DNA of 64,000 nt from Microthyrium microscopicum (Eukaryota), in the NCBI GenBank assembly GCA_010405405.1, contig MU004238.1:569530-633529 (forward strand). Direction: 5' to 3'. The translations under genes and the position numbers were made by a program. Positions 45,405-57,073 of this stretch are shown one piece after another (position 1 is the first letter of the stretch; every line of letters begins with the position of its first letter). The notes under the pieces are model-generated. The model saw nothing but the letters and a program-made list of their open reading frames with translations, was not told where the DNA came from and ran no database searches.

Positions 45405-47929
45405 CTATCGCTGGTACTTAGCCAGCTGAGCCATAATCTGCTGCATATCAGGTTGCGGTGGAGGCGCTGCAGCCGAACTTGCCAAGTTCTGTCCAGCGTA
45501 GTGGACTTGCTGAGGTACAGGTTGTTGACTATTGCCAAGAAAAGCAGAAAAGTCTATCGGCTGTTGTGCTGGCTGGCCATAGCCTTGTGTTGATTGTGTG
45601 CTGGCTCCGCCCAGAAAGCGGGCGATATCGGCAGTGGTGGAAGCGTTCAGCGCGCCCGGAGTTGCTTGCGAGTTGATATTAGCAAGTAGGCCTTGGAGAT
45701 CGGTTCCAGGGCGAGAGCCGAGTTGAGCTAGAATGCTAGAGAGATCACCCATGGGAGCATGTTGTGACTGTGTAGGCGGCACGGGTGGTGCCATTCCATA
45801 GTTGGCTGGAATACCGTACGACACTGGGTAAGACGGTTTGGATGGCGCACGATTGGTGTTTTTAGCTCGCATTACCAGTTCTGTAGCAACTGGAGGATCA
45901 AGATTTTCGTATTCTGAAGAATAGTCAGTAAGAGATTAATTGCATGAAGACAAGTGGAGTCGGCATACCTTCGAAGCTCACACTTCCAACACCTCTGCTA
46001 TGGTTGAAAAGCTGGAGGGATACCTTCCCGGTTGCCATATGGCTTCGGGTAAGGCGTACGACGGCAAGTACTCCTTCCACGATTTGGCGACGGACGACAG
46101 CAAGCTCAGACAGTCTAGGACTGAGTATCAATACATCACAGCGGACTCCACGGTCATTGAAAGCCTTTTCGACATAGGCTATGAATTGTCTGTAGATATA
46201 TTAGTGGTCGGGGTGGATCTAAAAAGTACAGTAAATCTTACCTGTCCAAATCGTCAAGGACGATGATTTGTACATCTGGGACATCCTGTGGTGATCGGTA
46301 AGGCAGTGGTAAATCATCATCTGGTTCGCGACGTTGATCAGAGTGCCGACCTCCCCGGCCCGGTGGTGTACGACTTCTTCGTCTCCCGTCATAGTGATCA
46401 GGGGATCGAGCACGTCGAAAACCTCGGGGAGATGGAGAGCGGCCTGGTCTGTAATCGTCTCTTCCACGACGAGGAAGTCGGTCTCTAGGCGACTGCGCAG
46501 TATCAGAGTAACGGTCATTCCGTCCACGATCTCGATCAGGAGATCTTGATCTTCTACGTCCAGCATTGCGATCTCTTGTGCCTTTACCCTGGGGGCGCGA
46601 TATTTCAAGATCTGATGCTATTAGAAGTGCGCACAAAGATATAGATTCAGGTACTTACGCATTTTACGACCTTTCAGGGGTTTGTCTTGTTCATTATCCC
46701 TAGCTCGTTCGCAGGAATTGACTTCCAAAAACTGAACGAATCCATAAGCTTGCTTGAGGGATATTTGGCCTAGCTTTCCATATGGGCGAAATCGTCGAAA
46801 CACATCTCGCTTTGAGACTTTCTCTGTGGGTAAGTTTCCTATTCATCAATTAGCATGTTGTGATAAGATTCAAACGGATACTAAAGGTAAGAACGGATAG
46901 GCGGTTACAAAACAAAGGGTTCATACCAATGAAAAGTCTTGACCCATCAGGAAACTTCTCCCACTTTCCTTCTGCAACATTGGCTCGCTCTTCACGAACA
47001 AACTGCTCGTATTCATATTCGAGGTCTGGATTGAACTGGGTCTCCTCTTCATCTGTACCTGGACCACTATGCGACCCACCAGGAGGGCTTTGCATTGTGT
47101 TTAGCGATGGTGTTCTCTGGTGTTGGTTGTTTGCAGGAGCATTATTGTTTCCAGGAGGCAAGGGCTGCTGTGTGGATTGAGAAGCTCGATATTGGGCGGA
47201 GCCACTATTATTATGACTATGTGGGTGGTACGATCGGATATCATCTTCTGGTGCGTAGTTTGGATGGGTGGAAGGCTTTTCCTGTGGCGGTGGACGAGCA
47301 GGCAGTGATGTGCTGGGCAAAGATGGAGCGTTATTTGGTATGGAAGCAACAAGTGCGTCGTCGGTGGACTTTATGGGAGTGAGATTGGCAGCGAAATTGG
47401 GGCCGAGAGAATCGAGGAGAGCCTGAATGTTGACAGGACTCTTTAGGCTTGGGACAATTTCAGGTTGGTTTGCTGATTCTGATGCCTGGATCGTAGAGGA
47501 ATTAGGATTGTTGAGGGTGTTTTCATGGGTTTCAGTAACATTTGCGAGGGAGGAAGATGATAGCGAAGTAGCTTCATTCAAAGTCGGGCTCGATAATGCT
47601 AGCTGAGTTTGGTCTGCTCCGACATATTGTGGATACACCGATCCATTGGCAAGTACAGGAGAAACCCCGAAATTACCACCTCCGTTCGTAAAGTTCTCGA
47701 GTTTGGTGGATGGATTGTCAAACCCTGGAGCGGAGTTGTCGGTATGGATAGTGGCTGGCGCAATCACAGCAGTTTCGGCAGATTCGATAGACATTGCGGC
47801 AGCGTCCATTTGTCTTTCAAGAATAGGAATATTGGATGGGGAGGGAACGGTCAATGGCTTTGGAGATTGTGGAGTCAAGCTTTTTGCGTGACGGGTGTCG
47901 AGCGGCTCTTGCGGCGGGCTTGAACTCAT
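45405..47929 (-). CDS. NAB3: Nab3-like RRM RNA-binding protein, 5 exons
   Basis: FPDGSRLFIG|NLPTEKVSKRDVF...QISLKQAYGFVQF...HLEISRP, an RS/RD-rich segment, VPDVQIIVLD, and the terminal helix MQQIMAQLAKYQR. Confidence 0.82.
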
Positions 47930-48825
47930 GAGGAGAAGAGATCAGATATAAATTGGGGCTGGCGAGATAGATGTGAAGACAAATTTGGTGGATTTCACGA
48001 GAACCAGAGGCTTGCAAGGCTGTCAGAGATGGGTTGGGAATGTATCATAGTAGGCAGACTAGATCATCAGGCTGAGAGGAAGCTGGACGATGGCAAGTGG
48101 GACTAGGCTGATAGATATTTGGCAGCACGGAAGGTGGTCTGAAGTGTGGAGGGCAACAGATAGGAGTTTGATGTGTTGAACGTGTGACTAGTATGCTGGG
48201 CGGTAGATAGACAAATAGAGTACACTATCAAACAAGTCGAACAGCAGCTGAGGGAGATACTGTAAGTTGGTGAGAGAGGAGGTTGAAGGATGCAGGTGAG
48301 GAAGTGAAGAAGCGGAGAGTTGGAAGTGGGAGAGAGCCCACAAGCCCTGGGATGGATGGGTTGGTTGGGTGCAGAGGTGGGTGGGTGGTGGCTTCCTTCC
48401 GCGGTTGAAGTTAAAAGCTTTTTGAGGGAAGGCGCGGTCCGCAAACCAATAGAAGGTAGGCAGCCGCATCTGATCTTGATGACTCAGCTTTATTGTCTAT
48501 ATCTTGTACTCTACTCTACTCTCTACCGCACTTAACATGAGGATTCACAAACACTTAACTGGATCATACTAGAGTATGCGGCGGCTTGAAAGTCGTTACA
48601 GGCTCTGTTCTTCGGCCTTTATGATAAGACTATGAAAAGACAGAAAAAACGCAAGTCTTTTCTGTGTGAATAAACATTGAAGCAAGCTAATAGACTCCAG
48701 CCCCTAGCTCGGGTCAAACATTGCCCCATCAATCAACCGTTTTTTGCCTTGATACTTGCTACAAACTTAGAGTATAGACAGCAACATCCTGCATTGCATC
48801 TTGGCCTATACATGAATCAATTCAA

Positions 48826-49473
48826 ATGCTCCAATGCATGAAAATCCTTGTAATCAGACCTTCCTTCATACACCAACGCGTCCCTTTACAATGTATCAGA
48901 CGCCTTCATCAAGATGACTTTGCAGCCGCCAGGTCTTGGATGGAATCTTTCACTCCTGCATCTGTGCCCGCTCGGATATGTGATTTTTCATTCAGTAGAT
49001 CATCTGGCCCGGGAGGCCAGAATGTCAACAAGTTTGTCAATCTTTGCGCTCCTGCAAGTATTTGCTAAGTCTTCCAGAGTCAACTCAAAAGCCACGTTGA
49101 AGATATCGTTGGATAATCTTCTACCTTTGCTTCCAGCCATCTTGCACCAGCCCATCCGTGATTCTCAACATTACGCCGCCAAATCAAACAGTCTCATCAT
49201 CCAGGCTGATGGCAGCCGAAAGCAAACCGACAATAGTCAGGATTGTCTCAGTCGCTTGCACCAGCACATAATCCATCTTGCTCAGCAGGTCATTCCAGGC
49301 GAGACATCTGATGCTCAACGTGAACGTGTAAAGCAGCTGTAAGTGTTTTAGCGCGTGTCTAATCTACAAACTAATTGTTGTCTAGGCAAGCTGCTGAAAA
49401 GGAACGTCGGGTTCGCCAAAAGAAGATGCATAGCCTCAAAAAGGCGAGTCGTCGTAGTCGCGGAGATGAATGA
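48826..49473 (+). CDS. PTH4: Codon-independent mitochondrial peptidyl-tRNA hydrolase (ICT1/ArfB family), 3 exons
   Basis: FSRSSGPGGQNVNK|VNSKATL, IQADGSRKQTDNSQDCLSRL, and a basic tail RQKKMHSLKKASRR. Confidence 0.9.
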
Positions 49474-49479
49474 TGGCAT

Positions 49480-50864
49480 TCATCCAGTCGTTTCCAGCTC
49501 TTCGTACTTTGAACGGAGTACTTGATTGGAAAAATCCTGCTTCAACGCGAATTTCAGAAGCATTCTTGCCTCCACCAGTTGTTTGTTGGCTTGCAGCGTA
49601 TTGATCAAATCACCCGCTTTCGTCGAACCCATGATCTTGACTGTTTGCTTCAAAACATTTGAGATGACCTGTTGGAGCTCCTCATCAATTGTATCATCAA
49701 GCGCAAGAGGCAGAAGCGCGAGAGCTGCCTTCTCTGCAATGGAAAATCTGGTTTTGGTCTTACGTTGCTGTACAATAGTGGCGCGCAGCAATTGGAGAGA
49801 GTGGCGCAGAGCCATTGGAAATTTTGGCGAATCTGTTTCAATTCCAACCAAAGGCAGTTTGAATGAACAGATTGCCCACTCGGCTGGGGCGGGAACTTGA
49901 CGTCCTAGCACATGAACAATGTGCTTCAGGATCTTGGAGCAGCAAGTCAAGTGGGAGAATCCCGTTATCAGGTCGAACAGCTGCTCTGCAAATTCTGCAT
50001 CATCCTCAAATTCTTGCATCGCCGCATCGAAAATGGCGATTGGAATGGCTCCGGTCAAGGCTGGTGTTGTAGCCAAGGTCTCCAGGGCGGTCTTGTCCGT
50101 TCGGATAGCCGGTGTCGTGGTTTCGTCGATCTCGGCATTGCCACCTATCGCTTCGCCGTCTTGGGATGTGGATCCGTTGGATGAAGTAGCTGAGACGGCG
50201 ACTCGTGGATTACCGCCCAATCCTTCAATATTATCCATAGTTTTTGCGATGTAGCGCATCTCCAGTCGGCAGTGTTCCAGCCATAACTGCTTCTCTTTTG
50301 GACAGAACCTCAACCCTCTCTGAAAGTACGACCTCGCTGCATTGAATTCGCCTTGATCATCCGCCGAGTATTTAGCAGCCAATATCCACAAACTAGGTTC
50401 GGTTGGGTGTAATCGTAGAACATCAGTCAGGATTCTGCCCACTCGTTTATGGGCACGAACACTCCGAGTATAGTCTAGGTATTGCATCCAGAGTCTGAGG
50501 TCTCCAGGATGTTTTCGAGTCGCTCGTTGAAAGATGAAAAAGGTTCGTCGCTGTCCGTTGTATCCAAAATTCTTTACTCCGAGTCGGCGAATGCGCTTCT
50601 TCTTGAGAGCGTCGACATTTTGTTCGTATGCCACGTAGCGAATGTAATCGGATGCAGGTGCCCCACGAGCGTTGATTATGTGTTCAAAGTCGGATCGTTT
50701 CTTAGCTATTGCCGAAATCTCGTCCTGGGTCGTAAAATTAGAAGATCTTCCTTAGCTGGCCATAAATAACGCACCTGGGTGAAGATATCTTTCCGTAGAA
50801 GTTCCTGGAGTTCTGGCACCGACTGTTCCAAGAAGAACCGCGCGCGGTCACTAGCATTTGCCAT
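49480..50864 (-). CDS. UTP6: U3 snoRNA-associated protein 6 (HAT repeats)
   Basis: MANASDRARFFLEQSVPELQEL...IFTQ|DEISAIAKKRSDFEH, IFQRATRKHPGDLRLWMQY, ARSYFQRGLRFCP. Confidence 0.92.
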
Positions 50865-51200
50865 GGTGTCTCGATCAGCGCAAAGTCAATTCGCAAGCTT
50901 GACGATGAAGTTGAGAAAATAAAAAGAGGCCGCCCAGAAAAAGATTCTGGTTGAGAATTGGCGGGGTCTTGGCAGCGTGCGACAGGGATGATGTAAGAGG
51001 CTAAAGCTCGGCAGCCCCATAGAGTTTATGCAGAGCCTCCTCTCCTTTAGTAAACCTTGGAAGCCATCCGCGTGTTTCCAGAAAGGCCATTCTGTATTCA
51101 GGAGGGAATACACCACCCAGTTCATCGCTCATTCTGTCCTTTCATTCTTGTCCTTCTCTTCATTCTGCATGCTTGTATAGACTTTCTTGATTCCGGCACA

Positions 51201-54200
51201 ATGGCCCCTAAACATCGCGATGGCGACGTCGTCGCGTCCGTACGTGTCCAGACTGTCCAAATCTCGAGATCGCTAGCTCACTCAATCGACTATAGTTCAA
51301 TGGCAAATGGATAACATACGCACATACTGCGGTAGCCTATGGTTGGTACATTCAATCTTCCCGCAGACATCGAAACTGATAGTTATATAGCTGCCTTTCT
51401 CTCCGCTTTGATAGTGGGATGGTAAGAGTCTTGCGAATCTACACCAGCCGAACGATTGACCAACAACTCCAGCTCTCTACATTATACCAAGATCGTCCAA
51501 AATGAATATTTCGTAAGTCGATATTGCACACAATCTACGATATCGGCTAATGGCTTTTAGGGATATCCATACGAGTGGTTTCCTTCCGTTTCTGCGACAA
51601 TTGGCGATCGATACCCCGAACGATCCTTTTTCATGGTTTTCATCGCCATGACCTCCGGTACGACTTTACGTTTCATTGCTACTATATGTGACATAACAGC
51701 TTACAATTGAAAAGGGCCAAGATTCGCGCTCGTGGCCATGTGGTATTTCATGGAATCTCGACCAAACTCGAAATCATCACTTCCAGCCTGGGTCGCAGGC
51801 ACTGGGCTCTTTCGTACATTGTCCTGTGGTGGCTGGACATATGTCACATCTACCGATGATCACCACTGGCACGATATCTTTATGGTCGCATACCTAGTAG
51901 CGACCGTGCCATGGACTGTGGGATGCCTGGCTATCAGCCCCCCAAACCCAATCGCGCTTAAATGGCGAAGGAGATTCGGAGCAGGATTCTTCATTGCTCT
52001 CATTCCTCTGACTTATTACTTTCTTCAGCACAAAATCCACCACGTGGCAGGCGGTCAGTATCAGTGTTCCAAGTCAAATCAGTTTTTCTAACAGAAATCG
52101 TAGCCTATACTAAGTATGCTCTGTTCGAATGGGCTGTAGTATTGATTGACGTTGGCTTCGATGCTACTACTATGTATGATTTCTCAGGCTTTGAGATCGT
52201 GCTCAGAGATGTCAAAGGAGTCACACGAGGGTATGTGCCATACCTTCCCCAGTAAATAGGCTATCATAGTCAATGAATGAATGAATCTAAATTTTCAAAT
52301 AGTTCTGATACTCAGTTTGATGCCGTTCTCGAGAAACAGTAAGTCCAGTGTCAAGATCAACCTCAGGTATAATTCTAATATCTTCCAGAAAGGACAGAGA
52401 TCTGGCAAATGTCATGACTACAGGGCTTTCATGGGCCGCTGCTTTCGATATGTCTGCCGACGTTTATCTCGGAGTAAGATCTGCGCTGAAAGACATGAGG
52501 CGATCACTAACATCCTATAGTTTACATTCTGGACGATGCTGACTTCTCTGGGAGTCTGTGTTTGGTGTATGAACTACTCTCTTCTTCAAAGCGGCATTCG
52601 CTAAACATCTACAGACTTTCCACTCTGGCACATGGGCCTTTCTGGCTATGAAGTGATCATTATGACAACAATAGCGCCATCTATTATGGCCATCCCATCG
52701 TTGCGAACACTTGTCGCTCGCCACAGCTACATATTCCACTTCTTATCAATGTCTGGAATAGCAGCATACCTTGTGCAAGACCCGGCTAATCGCCTCTTCA
52801 CTGTTGGTTTTGCAGTGTCTATGAGCTGTCTCGCTTGGGCAGGCACTTTCTATGCCGAGAAAACGCAGCCACAACGCCTTGAGTCACGGATTTTGGGGTT
52901 CGGTCTCGGCCTTATCCTCTCTACCGTTGCCAAGTTTGCCTTCTACACCAACAACCCCTTGTGGGCCATTATGCATGCTGAAAACGGAGGCTGGAACGGC
53001 ACTGGTCTCGTACTCGGCGTATTAGCAGCCATTCGATCTACAAGACAATCATCTTCTCGACGAGGAGATTCAGCTCTCTCTTACAAGCCCAAGGGATCCT
53101 CTATATTCGCCACATTAGGTCTCGGTGCAATGTTCTTTGCGATGCACTCTTTGCTGTCTGACTCGAGTACCATGATTCTATGGGTATGGTCAGGCTGGCC
53201 AGCAAACGGTCCCCTGGCGGTTCCTCATGGCGCCTATACTATCACTTGTATGGGTGTAGGTCTTCTAGCTGGAGTCATCGCTCCCAATTTCTCAAAGAGC
53301 TGGACCTTTTATGGCATTGGAGTCACTGGAGCTGCCATGTTGACTCTCAAAGAAGACTGGACCGGTTTCTATGGAGGTTTGGCCTTGGCTACATACATCA
53401 TGGGTGTTGCGCCTGCTTTGATATCCTCTGCGGTTCTACATTCCCCAGCACTAGTATTTGGCCTAGGCTTCATGATCTACAACCTCTTTGTCCTAGCTCA
53501 CGTTTGGACGACAGCATATGCCTTTGTTCCAGGTGGTCCTCTTCTACGAGAGCACACAGACTATGTCATGACAGCCATGATGTTGTGCATAGGCGCTGGT
53601 GTATACTCTGCTCAAGCATCGGCCATCTCCACACCCTCAAAGTTCAGTGCAACAAAGGCCAGTCCCGCCGCAAAGCGCTCTAGATCGTACTATATCTATA
53701 TGCTCATCGTATTGGAGATGCTTGCAGTATCGACCGCATATCTCCGCTTCCCATCCTATGACTACAAGCCTTATCATCCAGAGGAGAAGTCCATCACCGC
53801 AGGAATTTGGACCATCCACTTCTCCATCGACAATGACATGTGGTCTTCAGAACGCCGTATGCGCGATGCCATTCGCGATCTGGAACTCGATGTCGTTGGC
53901 CTTTTAGAGTCTGATCTCCAACACATCATCATGGGCAATCGCGACTTCACCCAATATCTCGCTGAAGATCTCGGCATGTACGTCGACTTTGGCCCCGGTC
54001 CCAACAAACACACCTGGGGTGCTGCATTACTCTCCAAGTTCCCCATCGTCAATTCAACACATCATCTCCTGCCCAGCCCAGTCGGTGAACTGGCGCCTGC
54101 CATTCACGCGACTCTTGATTGCTATGGCGAACTTGTCGACGTCTTTGTTTTCCATTCCGGTCAAGAAGAAGATATCGAAGATCGTCGTCTTCAATCAGAG

Positions 54201-54640
54201 TACCTCTCAAAGCTAATGGGCACCGTCACCAACCGCCCCGCAATTTTGCTCAGTTATCTCGTCACCAAACCGAAAGAGGGCAACTACAATAACTACGTCA
54301 GCGAAGAGTCTGGCATGAAAGATATCGATTCTTCCGATTGGGATCGCTGGTGCGAGTATATCTTGTACAAGGGCATTAAGCGAAGTGGTTATGCTCGTGT
54401 TAGTCGTGGAACTATTACCGATACTGAGATTCAGGTAAGATATTTCTCCCCGTTTATTTGAAGAATCAGCTAACACTTTTCTAGGTTGGAAAGTTTGTCG
54501 TCGGTCAGCCCGAGAACGGTGATCAGATGATCACTGATGGAGAGGTGCCAGAAGGACTTAAATTCCCGGCCATGTTCCATGGTGAGGGTGTGAGAGGACA
54601 TCAGTATCATGTTTTTGATGCGCCTAGATATTACCAGTGA
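51201..54640 (+). CDS. CWH43: GPI lipid-remodelling protein Cwh43 (Frag1/PGAP2 plus C-terminal EEP-like domain), many short introns
   Basis: [82 protein letters not shown]. The last exon ends RYYQ*. Confidence 0.95.
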
Positions 54641-54875
54641 TGAGGATTATATATTGGAGTTTGGCGGGTGAAGGAGACTGTAAATGTAGTTCATAATTTA
54701 TTTTGTATACGCTAAATGCTAGAGATTCGTCAGCTTGATGTAAAAAATCACCAGGTGTCACCGGATCAAGGGAGCAAGATCAATCAATATTAAATAGAAT
54801 ACAATTTAACAGCTAAGGTATAATGCAAGTAACGAAAGCCAACGCAAACCAGCCGCCTGTATCTCAGAACGGTAA

Positions 54876-55733
54876 CTAACCACGGCCCCATCCGCTCTTC
54901 TTCTTCTTCGATGTCGTGCGATCTGAAGGACGGTCTGATTGGCGCGCAGGAGCCATCTCCACATCCTCCTGTCGTCCGCGGCCACTATGCGCTCTCGATG
55001 GCCTGGAAGGCTCGTGGTAGATGTCATTGTCGTAGCCTGGTGGAGGAGTATTGAAGTCGCGATCTCGTTCATCATACTCCTCATAGACAGTGGCCGGTGC
55101 AAGGGCCTTGTAGTTGGTGCCGCTCGTCCGTCTGTACTCCCTCTCCGCCTTCTTCGTCTCTTCATCCTTATACTTGCGGTCCAAATGCTGTTCGAGTAAC
55201 CGACAATTCTGCGTGTTCGCTTTAATGCTCGCATCCAGCAAATCACCCGCAATAGGTACAAGACCGATGATGAAATCGATGAATATCCAAAACAACATCT
55301 TCATCTTCACGCTGCTGTCAAGTCCTCCTTTGACTTTGCAGCACTGCCGAAACAGGCTCATGGCCATGACGAGGTCGACAACATCGCCTATTTCGGGAAC
55401 TAGACCTATGACGGAGGACCAGCCGAAGCGGATGCCCATGAAGTTGAAGAGGGCCATGTCGAGACGGTAAGCGCGCTTGCGGACTTTGGCGAGAATGAGG
55501 GCGTCTTGTTCGGGGATGTAGGCTGGGATGAGCTTTTTGTGTTTCTTCATTTTGCCGCGATTGTCGGGGCGCATTTCGAAGAGGGGATCCTAGAGATTGT
55601 TAGTGAAATCGTTTATTGACAATTTGAGGGTGAGAAAGCTTACGTAGTCACCAGCGACTTTCTTGCCAGAGTATTTCTTGAACTCTGAGCCGAGCATTTT
55701 CTTGCCGACCATGGTTGCGACTTTGGAAGCCAT
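54876..55733 (-). CDS. DUF4112 family membrane protein, 2 exons
   Basis: MASKVATMVGKKML...|DPLFE...VRKRAYRLD...GIRFGWSSVIGLVPEIGD...IIGLVPIAGDLLD...KANTQNCRLLEQHL. Confidence 0.88.
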
Positions 55734-56509
55734 GATGACGAAAAGAATTGAGGAGTGAAATTAAGTGTGCAGGTTTAAGAATTGGGGATGGAGGATAACA
55801 GGTCAACTGTTATTTATTAGACGGCAGGTCGTCAATGCCCCAGAGAAGGACAATGGTAGATGGCGCGAGACTGGGACAGAAATAGGAAGGCTAGAGGTGG
55901 TTGGTTGAATGTCGCAACTGCTGAAACAAGACAGCGCTTCAGACTTTCGTCAATCGTAAGGCTGATGGTTATGATTGTAGAAAGTTTGTAGAAGCCAGCG
56001 TCTGGTTCAACAAAATTAGGGAACAAGGGACAGATTTAAAGAAATTTAGAAGAACGAAAAGTGAAGAAGAAGAAGTTCCTTGATTGTAGAGCATTAGCAC
56101 GCGGTCATGCAGCAGTCGTTCTGCAGTTGAACAAACGCGCCAACGCGGAGAATGTGCCAACAGACGTCATGCTTCTTAAATGTTCCCTACAAAAGCTGGC
56201 CAGACTGCCTTTTCCAAGCCTTCACTGCCCCAATCATGCTGCCAAGCTCGCCTCTTGTTTCTAACCGGGTGGCGTAAACAAAATGAAAAACTCAAATATC
56301 ACTTGCATGGCGGTACGTGTATGTATTGTTGGAGCTGTGTTGGTACAAATGGATGCTGTTTACAAGTATGGTTTGAGATTGCAAGGGAACCGGGGCATCA
56401 TGTAGCGCCTACCGCTCAGCTCGTTCTTCATTAGTAACAGGTGAATTTGAGTAGCAACATACGAATTGAGTGAAATATGCAATGCGAACCGCTACCAGGC
56501 AACCATCCT

Positions 56510-56584
56510 GAGTAGAGTTGAGTCGAGTATGAGTCGAGTAGAGCAGAGTAGTAAAGTTGAATCGAGTAGAGCTGCACAGAGTCG
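56510..56584. repeat. Degenerate pentamer microsatellite (GAGTA/GAGTC-type)
   Basis: gagtagagttgagtcgagtatgagtcgagtagagcagagta... in the DUF4112/DCP2 divergent intergenic region. A shorter (TACTC)3 run occurs near 48506. Confidence 0.6.
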
Positions 56585-57073
56585 TGCTGGATTCATGCAG
56601 CGAGAGATCAGCTGTGGCACTGAGGCTGTGCATTTAGATCTCTGTGGCTGTGCAGATCAAACTTTACAGGGCTCTGATTGGTTGAAACTGACGCATGGAG
56701 CCACGCTAGCCAAGACTTGACCCGTGGGACTATCGCGCTTCAACCTCCAACAAGCAATCCTGCAGTTAGTCGCTGAATCCGCTACCACCAGCCAGACTTT
56801 TCACCTTCCATACCTTCATAGTCACTCCCCATCGTTCGACTGCCACAGCAACAAACCGCCCGCTTCCTTCTTCTTGTCCAACTTCTTCCATTCGAATCCT
56901 TTGACTCCCATCATTGCCTACTCCACAGGCGCTGCCTATCTGCCACCTCGACTTGCCTCTTCCCCCGCCTCCTCGCGCCCACGACTAAGACGCGCACAAC
57001 CTTTATAGCACACTCTAGAACATTTCCTTTCGACGAATGGAACTACGACTTGCCATAATACCACATCGATATA

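Noticed and set aside
48480..48486. TGACTCA (Gcn4/CpcA or AP-1 site) between NAB3 and PTH4
   Set aside because: A single 7-mer is expected several times by chance in 64 kb.
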